DNA from: Tubiluchus corallicola | Lineage: Eukaryota > Animalia > Priapulida | DNA length: 64,000 bases | Direction of reading: 5' to 3' | Assembly (NCBI GenBank): GCA_030141605.1 | Contig: JAQGDQ010000191.1 | Span: forward strand, 248,001-312,000 | In this document: positions 1 to 35,369 of the stretch, piece by piece | Layout of the letters: each line of letters opens with the position of its first letter | Position numbering within the stretch: position 1 is the first letter of the stretch | The notes under the pieces: generated by a model | Told to the model about the DNA's origin: nothing | What the model saw: only the letters and a program-made list of their open reading frames with translations | Databases searched by the model: none | Translations under genes and position numbers: made by a program

Positions 1-149
1 ATATTGAACAGGCAGAGATGTCACATACGCATTCAGATACATCTATATCCTCCCTAAATCAGCGAAATAATTCAGCATAGCAGTGAAAGGAACTGTCCAA
101 AGTTCTTTTCACTGGAAGAAAATTTTTGTGGCAAAAAAGTTTTCTGTGA

Positions 150-800
150 AGCAGACACCATGCTACCAACAATTAGTCTGATGGCTAATCAACTGAAGGA
201 GGTACTGAAAAACTGTGGACCAACCTGGGTACGAGCTCAGAATCTTTCTGCTTAAGTAGCAGATTGCTCTACCAGTTCAGCTACCAGTAGCAGAGCTGGT
301 CTGAATTCATATCTTAAGAGCAAACAATGAATCAGCTCCACTTATCTGCTGCTAGTGATTATATCACTATATTTTGAATGCACTCAACAGTGAGTGTTGA
401 CTATGAAGTTTCAACAGCTTTCTATAGTATTCAGAATACACATTCGGAAACACAGCATGCTTACAACAATTAGCCTAATGGCTAATAAATTGAAGAAGGG
501 GCACAAAAAACTGTGGACTAATCGGGAAAATCAGTATTTGGACCCAGAACCTTCCTGCTTACATTAGGTTGAGCTATTGGCCCAACCTGGCAGAACTGGT
601 CTGAATTCTCAAGTCGCGGCAGTGAAATATGCTACTATTCTCATGCTAGTAGCACACCATATGTGCTAGTAGCACATATATTACTAGTTATATGTCACAA
701 TATTTTAAATACACTTAACAGTGGGAGTTTACTTTTAAGCCTCTACACCTGTCTGTGGGACTATCCAGAACACACATAAAGACATCACACTTACAAATTG
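150..800 (-). repeat. Degenerate ~300-bp tandem units containing a tRNA-derived (SINE-like) head
   Basis: catgc..acaattag..aaaaactgtggac..ctggtctgaattc..tattttRaatRcact recurs at ~159 and ~456, with a partial third unit at ~788; the minus strand shows A-box-like tagctgaactggtagagc. Confidence 0.55.
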
Positions 801-1337
801 CCTAACTGAGCTAGTAATCCAACCTAGTAGAGATCTAATACACAAGCACGAATACATGCATGCACACACACACACACACAAAGACACTCCCTCACACATA
901 AATACTACACATGCACAGGTAGTATCATATGTTACGGATTCAGTATTTAGAGTGCTCTTGACAATCTATGCTAGCATCCAACTGATTAAGCTGCAAATGT
1001 AACTAAGCATAGGTAATTGAAATATACACACATATACAACACATACTGACTGCTTATTGTACTGGTTGTTCCTAGTGCAAGTATAACAAATTATGTAACA
1101 CACGTTTAGATGTTGTGGAATAAAAATGGCTTCCTAGAATGTGTTTTCCTAACCCCATCCCCCAGATTTTTTTTAAACAGTGCATTAGCATAGGTACTTC
1201 GTGCAAATTCTGTTCCAGAAAGAATTTGAAAACTCGTCGGAAAGGGGCTTACTGGGACTCTAAAGGCTTCATTGTTCTGGACGATTCATCAAACGAAAAG
1301 CTTTGATCAGACTTCAGATTCTTAAACTGGAGCTGCC

Positions 1338-24070
<22,733 letters not shown>

Positions 24071-24099
24071 TTTGTCTGACAAAAATCGTCACGAATTTC

Positions 24100-24300
24100 T
24101 GGTTTATTGGCACAGTTGCCGACTACGCGGTCCGAGTTTTAAAATATTGCTCTGCTACGGCAACCCTGGGAAAACCCATTTTTACCCGGATTAAAACTAA
24201 CGCAAAAACATGCTAGACGACGTAGTCTACACTAGCTTTCATCATCATACGAAAGCAGATGACGTCATAGACGGTGGTTTTTGTTGTTGGAAGACTTTCC
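24100..24300. promoter_or_regulatory. Bidirectional promoter between FAM227 and cyclin J, with an RFX X-box-like site and a CRE
   Basis: CpG-enriched segment between divergent genes; TCTGCTACGGCAAC at 24151-24164 (X-box-like); perfect TGACGTCA at 24260-24267. Confidence 0.6.
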
Positions 24301-26727
24301 ACGCTGAGCTGTATGTTTTAGTGGTCTGGCGGCGGTCGAAAAAAGGGCAAAGATTTATCTTTGTGTACTTTTTTCCCCAAAGTTACTCAGATTTTTTCGA
24401 ACTGACCATATAGATTCGTGACGGATCATGATTCTAATGGCAAGTGAGCGCGAGTCGGTAGAGGATTAAGACTGCTAAAGGTAAACCAAGATACAAAGTT
24501 ATTAAAATTCATTATTTTCATTTTTACTCACTGTACGCTATACATATGATATCTTAAGTCTTTATCTCTAATAAGGAAGAGATGTATTCAGTCAGTCTGT
24601 GTGAAGTGGTAAGTGATCACTATTACAAAAGAGTTTACGTTAATTGAAATACATCTTTCAAGTAGTACTTTTGTGAATTTGAATAATTAGCGAACCCAGT
24701 TTTATACATAATATTGATTTTAAATGCATGTAAATTACCGTGAGGCGTCGTGCACACAGGCAAATAATGTCGGTATGGCTGCAGTGCAGTAACGTACTAA
24801 CAACGCTTTTCTAGATTCTAAACCGGTTGAACTCTGGAAAGAAGTGAACGGAATTCAAGTTGGCTTGAAATTTTCTCCTGCTTATGTCTGTTTTCTATTG
24901 CTTCTAGGTAATGAAGTGATAGGCTAAGCACACTGGGAAAAAAATCATTCATTATGTTTAGTTCCTTTTCTGTATAGCTTGGGCATCACATCTTACACAG
25001 CAACTGACTACTAACATATCCAAGGTTAGTATCATTAATTCTTAATTAAGTTACTTTTTCATATTTTTCGTGTTTATTTGTCTGCTTGTTTGTTTTTATG
25101 CGCTTATTCAGGCAATAACTCATTCGTCATTCGTATCTTGGAGATTACATCTTATACATCAACCATTAACTTTTATAAGTTGGTATTTCAAAATTTTTAT
25201 TTGATTTAGTCACGCTCACGTTGACTTATTTGTTTACGTGTTTGTTCAGTCATTCATTCCTTCGTTCGCTTCTGCATTCAATAGTTTATTTGTTCTTTCG
25301 CTAATTCATGATTTCATCGCTTTATTCATTTCCTTCTCAGTTCTTACATTTATTTATTGATTCATTTACTATATCAATCACTCGTTTATTCACAAAATTT
25401 ATACATTTCTAGATTTAATCCTCATTCGTTCATTATTATTTATTCATTTTGATTGTACTTAGCCTACAATATACTTCTGGCAGTATGACTGCTTTACTGA
25501 TGTAAGTTCGCGTAAAATTTATAGCGGGTAATTTCATGGTAGATTTTACTTCCAAAGTTACTTGAATGGCAAGCCGACTAACTGACTGACCGATCGACTC
25601 TTTGATCAGCGAATTAATTAATCTTAACATTATAATGTATATGGTGATTGACATTTTTTAAGATAAAAACTAAAGCATGAACTGAAACTTCAAAGCAGCA
25701 AAGAACAGTTACTTTATAATTATATTTCGCTCTTTTGTGGTCCAGGGAGTGTCAAATTGAGCCTTTGCCGACAAAATTTTTAAAGCTTCCTAAAGTAATG
25801 TACTGTAGTATGACGAGTTTCGAGGTTTCAATTTCGTAAGCTGCCTAATGCCCGCGTTACCGTGTCAAACGCTGTTCGTGTACGCGTTGCCCGTTGGACA
25901 GTCACTATTTCCGTGTAATTACACTTTTCAGTGATTTGCAAATAGGAACTTCTTGAAGCATGCATATTTCCTAAGCGCGTAGACTTTTCATTTTAATTAT
26001 ATTAACTATTACATGATTAACAGCCTTCCGTAGAGGATTTTTGTTATATTCTGCTGTAGTACAAGACCCTGGTAAGTAGTCTGAACTTTGAAGCCTTTGC
26101 TGTACTGCCTCACAACAAGTTTCTTTAAAGTTTTTTTTCATGTCACCAACTCAAGTTGTAATAACTTTAGCACTGTGGACAGAGCCGGATTATGACCTTT
26201 TGAGGCCCTAGGCTAATGAGAGTATGGGAGCCGCTTCAGACGGGGGTCTGTCTTATTTATTATTAATTAAATTCGTTTAAATTAGGTACATTCACTTAAA
26301 ACTGTAATCGCTGCCGTTCAAAGGTCACTCAAATAACGCAAGGCCCAAGATAATGGCACTAGGTAACAGCGAGTCGACAGAACCTTCCAGCTAATTAATT
26401 GGAGAGAGAGAGTGTGTGTGTGTGTGTCCGTGCGTGTGTGCGTGTGTTCTAAACCCTCATTAAAGTCCTAAAAATGTTCGTTTACTGCTGCTATTTCTGC
26501 TGTCTGTTTGTCATCACCCTCTGTTTAGGTTACATCATTTTAGCTATATTCATTTTGTGCTAATGTTACTACTGTACCTGAAAAGTTCTCAACGCTTTGT
26601 ACGACAAAAACGTACAGCACATCTTTCTTACTGTATCACGCATGAACTTATGACTTCTTTTTCTGCAGGACTCTTCGTGACCTTCTGACCAAGTTGATTA
26701 ACTAATATAGCTTAGGCGTCTTAAAGA

Positions 26728-27561
26728 ATGGAAGGCAACCCGAAAGTTTGGAAGCGGATTTTGAAGTCTACTCTCGGCTCTGACATTCACAGCGTTATGA
26801 GGCAGAAGGAATCGACTCTTCGTAATTACATCGGTCAGTCGCCGCAATTGCATCTCCGCAGGTATCTGGTCGACTGGTTACTGACATTAAGCGAAAAACG
26901 TTTCAATCTAGAACCTACAACAGTTCACTTGGCTATCTACCTACTAGATCATTTTATGGATCAATATGATATCCAAGACAAAACGATCTACTTGGTGGCG
27001 CTGGTAAGTCTTTTTATCGCCATTAAAATGGAGGAGGATAACAAAGTGCCGAAAATCAGTGAGTTGAACTATTGCATTAACGACGCTTTTACGCTGAAAG
27101 AATTTGCACAAATGGAACTGATGCTTCTCAGGTCGTTCTGTTTTAATCTGGTTATACCGACTAGCTCGCATTTTATGGACTATTACATAACCTTGGCCGT
27201 AACGCCAGAAGATATGAAACAGTACATAGTCGATAGCGGACTGGAAGGAAACGAGGATATACTTTTTGAGAAGGCTAGGTCAAATATGAAGAAACATGTC
27301 GCCTACTTTCTAGAGATATCGCTGCAATCTACGTCATATCGAAGAACACGCTGTTCACAGGTGGCTGCTGCATGTGTAGCCGCCTCCAGAATTTGTTTGA
27401 AATTGAAACCAACCTGGACATTAGAGCTGATGAAATTGACTAAATATCAGTGGGATGACCTTCAGACGTGCGTGAAAATGTTGCTTAGTTCATACAATTC
27501 AGATATGCAGGCGGAAAAGGAAGCACAGAAGGAAGCCAATTGTATACGCGGGGCAGGTTAA
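26728..27561 (+). CDS. CCNJ: Cyclin J, single coding exon, 277 aa
   Basis: SDIHSVMRQKE..Y.GQSPQL.LRRY..D, HLAIYLLD.FMD.YDI and IAIKMEE match the cyclin J N-terminal cyclin box; acceptor ttttctgcag about 60 nt upstream of the ATG. Confidence 0.93.
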   Translation: MEGNPKVWKRILKSTLGSDIHSVMRQKESTLRNYIGQSPQLHLRRYLVDWLLTLSEKRFNLEPTTVHLAIYLLDHFMDQYDIQDKTIYLVALVSLFIAIKMEEDNKVPKISELNYCINDAFTLKEFAQMELMLLRSFCFNLVIPTSSHFMDYYITLAVTPEDMKQYIVDSGLEGNEDILFEKARSNMKKHVAYFLEISLQSTSYRRTRCSQVAAACVAASRICLKLKPTWTLELMKLTKYQWDDLQTCVKMLLSSYNSDMQAEKEAQKEANCIRGAG

Positions 27562-28729
27562 AGCATGGTCCGATTTAGCAATTTATCCAAGTATCCCACA
27601 ATAGCTGAAATTTTCTGTAACATGCTTTTTTGTTATTTGTGTACTTATAATATTTTTGTACTGTTCGTGATATCCGTTTACACTAATTATAAAAAGTGGA
27701 ATGCTTGGTAATAACTGTGTTAAAATTGTTTTTCGTTACTTAGAATAACGCAAAAAGTGCTGAACTAAAAAAAAACTCGTAATAACAACTGTTAATTTGC
27801 CTCTTTGCAGCTTCTTAAAGGCACATATTAATTTTTCTGTGCAATGATCCTAGCTGCGTAATTATTTTCATTACTAAAAAATAATATTACATTAAACTTA
27901 GTTGTCGCTGCAGCGGACAAAATTAAAAAACGTCCAAAGTTCTGTTCGTTTAAAAAACATCACTGCAGCTTTCAGGTTAGCGGCCGACCACTTAGTACCT
28001 TTTCCTCGACAATATGGCTTAATTTTTGTTTACGTAATACTAATAATTCTTGTAATGGCCTCTTCGCCTGTAAGGCTATATTAATTATTTACATCAATCT
28101 CTTAAACGCTCCACTTTTCAGATTTTGAAGTTTTAGGCTTCGAGGCCTCTTCTTAACATTTAAATTTTTCTTGAAAGTACATGTTCCTCCCAAACAAAAA
28201 CTAAATAAAAGTGATCCTAGTGATTTCGCTTGTTAAATTGAAAACGTCTAAAGTAATTGAAGATGGTTATGCTATGATTCTAGTAGGAACTGGCATAACC
28301 TTTGCGACAGTAATTAGGTAGTCGTTACAGTACATCGCTCTTCACACTCGATTATCTATCGGTAAATACTGCTTTACATTAAAATTTAACTTTTCCCCTT
28401 TAGTAACTACCGTTGGTTATTAAAACTTTTCATTAAAATAATTTCCTATAATAACTTAATTGGACTTGGTTATAACAAGTATTAAAAACACGTATTTCTT
28501 TTGATTTCTCCTTCGACCATTATTCTTGTAGAATAGAATTTATTGTTATTGTTTATTGTTGAATTAAATTTACCAAAAATTCTATGTTGAATTGTTTTCT
28601 TATGCACGGCGCATGCATGTGTCAGATTGTTATCGTTATAAAAGTTTTATTATAATTCGTTAGTGAAATATTTACAATAACAATCCTTTTATAAGAATGA
28701 ACAAGTCCTTTTATTAGATGACATTAATT

Positions 28730-31110
28730 TAAACGGCAGCTACGATAAGCACAGAATAAGCGCAGTATTCATTATACCTTATGGAATATAGGCTATGCTT
28801 CAATGTTTAGTTAACTTGAAATCTCCAGATATAAAAATTAGATAATTTTTATTTATTTACAAGCTTTAGTGTAGCCAAACGCGTAATTGCGATTTTTGGT
28901 AGGAGGAATCTACGTACCGTACCATGCATATTTGAGTTTGATTATCAATTTGATGAGCGTATATAGTGTGAACTTGCTTTACATGGCTATGATCGTATAG
29001 TGATTGGATGTGTTTATCGGACACAATTCCGTAGTTCTATGAATAACATATAAACTTTTGTAACGCTATTGCTTTGGTGTGTTACAAGATTAAAACTAGC
29101 CATGTTTTAATGATTGGAGATTTTAACGCACCTAATGTTAACTGAGTGGATTGTGTTCCTATGCTACCGGCTGATCATCGAGAGGCAATACTTCTCGAGA
29201 CAGTGCGTGATGCGTTTTTAGTGCAACATGTCAATAAACGTTATAGACCAAACTTTCAACCTAGTTAAATTGCTTGGTGTTTACCAATGAAGCAGGCATG
29301 GTAGGTGATATTGAACATTTGAACCCTATTGGCATGAGTCATCATCATGTACTTTCCTTTGATTTTAATTGCCAGGTTGAACCTTTTTATACAATACGTC
29401 GGCGGCCTGATTTTGCTAAAGCTGATTTTGAAGGTATGAAAATCGACTTAAGTAATGTTGATTGGGAATTACTGCTTAGTAATACATCTGGCCTGGCATC
29501 AAGTTCAAATGAACATTCCATTACAGCAAAAGCATATTCCAAGGAAGGTTGCAGGAGGTAAAGGTCATGCAAAAGGTAAGCGTAAATGGATGAACGGCTA
29601 TGTTCTTACTAAAGTCAGAGCCAAACACACAGCATACCAAAAACACATTGCTGCTAGAGAAGGGCAGCACCATGTTGATTATGCTCGAGCACGAAATGAG
29701 GCCAAAATTGCTTCAAGGAACGCTCTTAAGAATTTTGAGAGAAGTTTGGAACTGAAGACAAGACAAGTCCGAAAGCGTTTTATTCGTATGCAAACTCTAA
29801 GTTGAAAACACGTGATACTGTCTGTGAGCTGAAAGATCCTGTAACTGGTACACCAGGTCCTGTCACTTCTAGTTCTGGCAAAGCAGAACTTTTAAATAAG
29901 GCCTCTTCTGATGTATTTACACGTGAATATATGTCATGGATTTTCAAGAAAGGATCCAAGCCGATGTTAGTAATTATTAGGCCCATTGTGGTAAGCCATC
30001 TCCTGGAGAAAACAGTCCAACAGGCAAAAATGGAACATCTTAAACATAATAATTTATTATTGTGCCACCAACATGGATTTGTGAGTCTTCGCTCATGCAT
30101 AACCAACCTCCTAAATATGCTCGATCACTGGACAGCATTCAGGATACCTGGACTTTGCAAATGCGTTTGATTCTGTACCACGTGCTCGATTGTCCAAGAA
30201 ACTTCATGGTCTATGAATCCGAGGGAACTTTCTAACGTAGATCAACAATTTCTTGCAAGGCTGTGTGGAGAGAGTCACACTAGGTGGAGTTGCGTCCAAG
30301 TGGTTGCCTGTCCTTAGAGGAATTCCGAAGGGCAGCGTCCTAGGTTCAACATTGTTTATTTGCTTAATCAATAAGATAGTAAATCAGTTTGTGAGCTCTT
30401 TGCTGATGATACAAAACTGTTTTGCCAAATTGCAAACTCCGATGACTATGATACTCTTCATTAAGACATGAATCGCTTAAATAATTGGTGTAATCGGTGG
30501 CAACTTAGGTTCAATTTCAGTAAATGCAAGACCCTTGGCCATTTGAGCCTGTGTAGCCCTGCTCACGACTATTGGATTGAATGACAGTTTAATGTCATCC
30601 GCAACAGGAAAAAATTCAGGGGATCCTAACTGATAATCAGGTGAAGTTCTCAACATGTATTGAACAACAGGTTGCAAAGGCGAACTCTATGTTGGTAATT
30701 ATATCTGTTCGGTGATCTGATATGAACACACCTAGAATATGCTGCATGTGTATGGAGTCCTAGGTTCTCTAGGTAATCAAAGAAATATCGAAAATGTACT
30801 CTGTAGAGCAACGAAATGGATACCAGGCTTCAAATAGGAATCCCATGAAGAGAGGCTTTGTCTGTCCACGATGACTAGTATGAGGTACAGCCATGATGTG
30901 GAGAATTTACTGAAGTTTTGAAATTCTTTCACGGATGCTACAACACTGCCACCCCTTCATTGTTACTGGAATCAAATAGGATTGGTGATGTTTAACGATC
31001 AACCACTAGAGGCAACGGTTTCAAATTAGCTAAAAGTAGATATACTAAATCACAGGGAGAGCAGTTTTCTTAGAAATTGTATAGTTAAACCCTGGAATGC
31101 ACTTCCAGGC
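28730..31110 (+). mobile_element. Decayed CR1-clade LINE (endonuclease plus RT remnants, internally deleted)
   Basis: Ordered motifs across frameshifts: IGCVYR, IGDFNAP, LVFTNE, QHGFVSLRSCITNLL, DFANAFDSVP, GIPKGSVLG, FADDTKL, HLEYAACVWSP, RATKWIPG, TRGNGFKL, PWNALP. Confidence 0.92.
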
Positions 31111-31319
31111 ACAAGTTGTCTAGGAAGAGGAATGAGATTTATTCTTTTACATTAATTTCAAATATTTGCACGCGATGTCGTAAAAGCTTTGGCTTAACGA
31201 GCACATTATGTGATTTTGAGGAGTAGTTGTACTTTCACTTTCTAAGAATCTGAAGATGTGCTAGTTGTTATTTTAGTACACGTAATCACTGCTACTACAC
31301 TATGTGTTACAACACAATT

Positions 31320-31823
31320 CAGGGGCTTTTACTAGACTTCCGGAATGTGTTATATGTCATTGCGTAAAAACCACCTTTTACTGTTTTCAAGGATCCCGTA
31401 CAGGCGTTTATCAGTCCTGAGTTATTTTTTGTGCTGCTACTTCTACTAGATTTTTATATGCTGATGGATATGCAATAACGCGTAACACGTTCCGGACATC
31501 TGGTAAACGCTGCTTTTATCATAGTCACCATGCCGTTGACTGTGCCGCTGTGGCTTAATGTCTCACACCATTGCTCCACAACAACCTTGGCTTGATGTGA
31601 ATCAACGGTTCTCAAAGCAGATACGTGCAATGTGAAACATTGCGATTGCAACATAATTTCTCTATGTTATACTATTTATTCAACTGTGTTTTTACTGTTG
31701 CTTGTGATCTTGGTGCCGCGGCGTTACCTAGGCGTAGAAAAGACTGTAAACTTCAGGAACGCATGGTCTGTTGTGGTATCGAAGATTTCCGTTCATTTTC
31801 TTTGAAATTTTAGATCCCTCCAG
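31320..31823 (+). promoter_or_regulatory. Probable THOC5 promoter and non-coding first exon
   Basis: CpG-richer segment with ETS-like CTTCCGGAA (~31337), donor ccag|gtaatt at ~31823, and acceptor ttttacag at ~32802 just before the ATG. Confidence 0.45.
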
Positions 31824-32841
31824 GTAATTCCCGAACTGACTTAGCTTTTTCTAATTTTCTTATTCTCGGAAATTTTAGTTAAGCTCTGGTATGACAGTAT
31901 ATGCTTGTCTTGCTTGTGAATACTTGGTTATTCGCTCTGACTATTTCACCTGCCCTTCCCCTTGCGCATAGCTTTGCCAGTTGGTGTAGTTTATAAATTT
32001 TAAAATTATGCATTCTATTCTCTGTCAATCGTACAACTTGTACAAACTGGTGGCTATATAACTGCATTTTCTTTGCATTATTGCATTTCAGGGCATTCAA
32101 ACTAATGACTACTATAAATGCTGAGCTAAACCTATGTAATCTTTTCATCTTACCTTGGTTTTATACAAGTTTATGAAACAGCAGTTATAAGGAATGAGTA
32201 CCTCAGTTATTATTAGTATTACATTTCATAAATGCCTGGCCTGATTGAAAATCTAATAAAAGTGGCAGTTGGTCAGAACCAACCAAGAAATTGTGTTGCA
32301 TTATTATAAGTAAGTGAATCACTTGTAAACAAATAACCCATTTCGCAAAGAAGAATATGTACCAACGTATTTTGCTTGTTTACTTTTTTCGGCTAGGTAA
32401 AAATAAACTGAATAGCTAAGTGTGATGTGAATCACGGAGCAGTGTAATAATTATTATTGTTATATTCTCATATTAAAGGTGCAGGTTTGGCCCTATCTCT
32501 TAGTAAACTTTTACAAGCACATTTTGTCATTTTTATACTCTGTCTAGTTTTAATGTTTATCTACAAATTGTTAAAATATTTAGTCACTTAAATTTGAACT
32601 TTAGTTTCTGTATTGCACATTATGGTCTACTAATGGAAACATGTAGCCAAATGTATGAGTAAATACTATACGTAATCCTTGTTGGAGGTATGAAAATGTC
32701 TTGCAATGCATGTACAGGATAGAATTGTTTATAATTATTGTGCAATTTGGCTTATTATGCTTATAGTGTTTGCAAAACAGTTATTTAGTAATTATTTTAC
32801 AGTATTATACTACTTGTTATAGGTTGTGGAGTGCAGCAATT

Positions 32842-34953
32842 ATGTCAACATCAAGTCCATTTAAAAAACGCAAAAAGACAAGAGATGTACGAGAGGTGGA
32901 GTTGGAACCTCGAAAATCCACATCATTGAGTGCCAGTAGAATAAGGAGTCATTCTGACGTTAGAGAGAGGGGTGATAATAGAGAAATTGTGAAAAGGCCA
33001 AAGGCAGAGCAGAATTCTCTAGAATGGGAAGACGAACAAGCAGTGTTACGAAATCCAGATGATGATTGTCAGATACACATGGATGTTTGTGAAGAAATTA
33101 GGAGATTGCTGTCAGAGTTGCAAGATCTCAGGCATCAAGGAACTCAATCGGATGATATGGAAATGGAAGAACGCAAGATTGATGTGTCAATGATGGTAAT
33201 CATGCTGAAGAAACTCAATAGATTATCACAAATTCGTTGTCGAAATGCCCGTGATTCTACTGCAGAGGAGAAGCACAATGTTGACAGCTTGCACTTGCAG
33301 CTGCAGAACCTTCTTTATGAACTCACTCATTTGCAAAAAGAAATTAATAAATGCTTGCAGTTTAAGTCTGCAGACGAAGAAATTGATTTGGTACCAGTAA
33401 CAGAGTTCTACTTGGAAGCACCTCAGGATATTAGTCGGCCAACTGTGACAATAGAGGATAAACATCAGCAGTATCTAGCAAGAATGGAGTGGGAAAGAGA
33501 ACAACGTAGACGTCTTGCAGAGGAATGCAAAACGCTGAAAAAAACCAAGGAGGAAACGGCCAAAGATATCCGTAAGCGGCAAGAGCAGCTTGACAGTTTG
33601 TTGCCAAGATTAAAGGCTATACTAAGTGCTACCCAACCAGTACAGGAAGCTCTTGGTGTGCCTCTAGATCACTTTCGGCAGCAAGAAGACATGGCAAGAT
33701 ACTTGCCACGTCCACTTTATGTATTGTTTGTGCAAGCTGATGCATACAGAGATGCTTGCGATAAGCTGTTGGCTGTTACAGTAGATGGTGTTATTGAAGA
33801 GGCGAAATCTCTTCAGGAAGATACTAGAGATTCTGATGAAGAAAGTGGTGAGTCTGATCAAGAAGACAATCCTACAGAAAAAAGGCACAAGAAAAGTAAA
33901 CTCGAAAAGTTAGCCACTAAGCAGAAAAAACTTTTACAACGCCATCCACTGTCTGTTCAATTATCTGTAAAGACCAAAGATAAGGCTGAGTTGTGTTTAA
34001 ACTTCTTTTACTGCATGCAACTGCATATTGTCACAGTGAAATCTACTTTGAAGTTAGCACCTGAAGTGAGAGCTACTTGTATCTCAGGCGGAAGTTTATT
34101 GTTCAAAGAAACTCTGCTAGCATACTTGTTTCCCGAAGACCATGGAGAGGATACTCCAAATTCGTCAAATCACCACCAATTGAATCGCCTTGGTATGAAT
34201 GTATTTAGCAGTTATATCAAAGAACTTGGCCATCCATATGCATGGGCCCAGCGGTTAGGTGGACTACGTTATTTGGATGACATTGATCCGCCTGCAGTCA
34301 GTGCCTCTGTCTGCTCAACACACATAGCTGAGACAGTGAAGAGCTTGCGCCGACGCCTGCAAGCCCGATTAGCTCTGCAAAAGCAAATGTCATTCTTTGA
34401 AAGGGGGTCAGTGCCGGTCAATCCTGATATAGCTCGTTGTTTTCCTGCAAAGATTGTTTCTCGTCTCACTTCGTGGAGAGCTTCAACATACGAAGATTTT
34501 CTGATGCATTCTTTTACAGCACCTGCTATAGAATTGGGTATTGTAGTTAAACACGACATGTTCTACACTGCTATAATAGAGAGAAATACAGCCAAGCTGA
34601 TTGCACAAATTGCTATAAATCCGGATTACCCTAAACAGATTCCTGTTATTGCCATCAGCATTTTCTGGAATTTTGAAAGGACAGCATTAAATGATGAAAA
34701 TGTTAAAGCTTTAGAATTAGAGGTGTGCAAGAATTATCCCTGCTCTAAATCACAGGAACAAGTTCTAGCTACTCAGTTAGAGACATTATTGTTGGGATTT
34801 GATGTTTACTTAGAGGCTGAATGTGTAGCTTCTGAGTCAAGTGGTCCATCTGAGATCTCAAAAGAAAAGATATTCTTGCGAGTATTCAGAGGCCGAAGTC
34901 GGCTGAAGCCATTTAAGTACAGTTCAGATCAAGGCCTATACTTTCATCGGTAG
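32842..34953 (+). CDS. THOC5: THO complex subunit 5, single coding exon (about 703 aa from ATG 32842)
   Basis: LKKLNRLSQIR, VDSLHLQLQNLLYE..HLQKEI.KCL.FKS.DEEI.LV, LP.PLYVLFVQA.AY and C-terminal RGRSR.KPFKY....G.Y.HR; AATAAA near 35089. Confidence 0.96.
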   Translation: MSTSSPFKKRKKTRDVREVELEPRKSTSLSASRIRSHSDVRERGDNREIVKRPKAEQNSLEWEDEQAVLRNPDDDCQIHMDVCEEIRRLLSELQDLRHQGTQSDDMEMEERKIDVSMMVIMLKKLNRLSQIRCRNARDSTAEEKHNVDSLHLQLQNLLYELTHLQKEINKCLQFKSADEEIDLVPVTEFYLEAPQDISRPTVTIEDKHQQYLARMEWEREQRRRLAEECKTLKKTKEETAKDIRKRQEQLDSLLPRLKAILSATQPVQEALGVPLDHFRQQEDMARYLPRPLYVLFVQADAYRDACDKLLAVTVDGVIEEAKSLQEDTRDSDEESGESDQEDNPTEKRHKKSKLEKLATKQKKLLQRHPLSVQLSVKTKDKAELCLNFFYCMQLHIVTVKSTLKLAPEVRATCISGGSLLFKETLLAYLFPEDHGEDTPNSSNHHQLNRLGMNVFSSYIKELGHPYAWAQRLGGLRYLDDIDPPAVSASVCSTHIAETVKSLRRRLQARLALQKQMSFFERGSVPVNPDIARCFPAKIVSRLTSWRASTYEDFLMHSFTAPAIELGIVVKHDMFYTAIIERNTAKLIAQIAINPDYPKQIPVIAISIFWNFERTALNDENVKALELEVCKNYPCSKSQEQVLATQLETLLLGFDVYLEAECVASESSGPSEISKEKIFLRVFRGRSRLKPFKYSSDQGLYFHR

Positions 34954-35369
34954 CAGAGAGGCCTCAACATTGAAGGTCATTTGTTCAGTAAACCTGGAGA
35001 CGCTCCATCTTGCTGATTGAATACTTGCATAAGTGTGAGGAAACACCAATTTACATTCATTCCTGAATGTGTAATGTACCTTTTTTCAAATAAAATTAGA
35101 CAGTTGTCAAAATTATTTTTGAATGTTGTTTGCAAGTCAAAATTGTTACTTCATGCACACACGCACATGCCGCACACACACACACGCACACAGACATTTT
35201 TTATCTATACTTCAAATGTAACTGTAAAACTTGCCAATGTTCATAAATATGGCAAATTTTTATAAATTTATTGTTTAAATGTTCAACATTTTTTTCGAAT
35301 TATTGTAAATTGTATTTTTTGCATTTTCCTGTAATTTTTCAGAAAAACTACCATCAACCCTAAACAAGA

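Noticed and set aside
32770-32841. N-terminal extension of the THOC5 ORF from TTG
   Set aside because: It spans an intronic pyrimidine tract and acceptor; the first ATG is at 32842
33226-34559. Antisense ORFs inside THOC5 (likewise inside the LRR gene, cyclin J and the FAM227 exon at 22 kb)
   Set aside because: Shadow frames of real CDSs with no recognisable motifs
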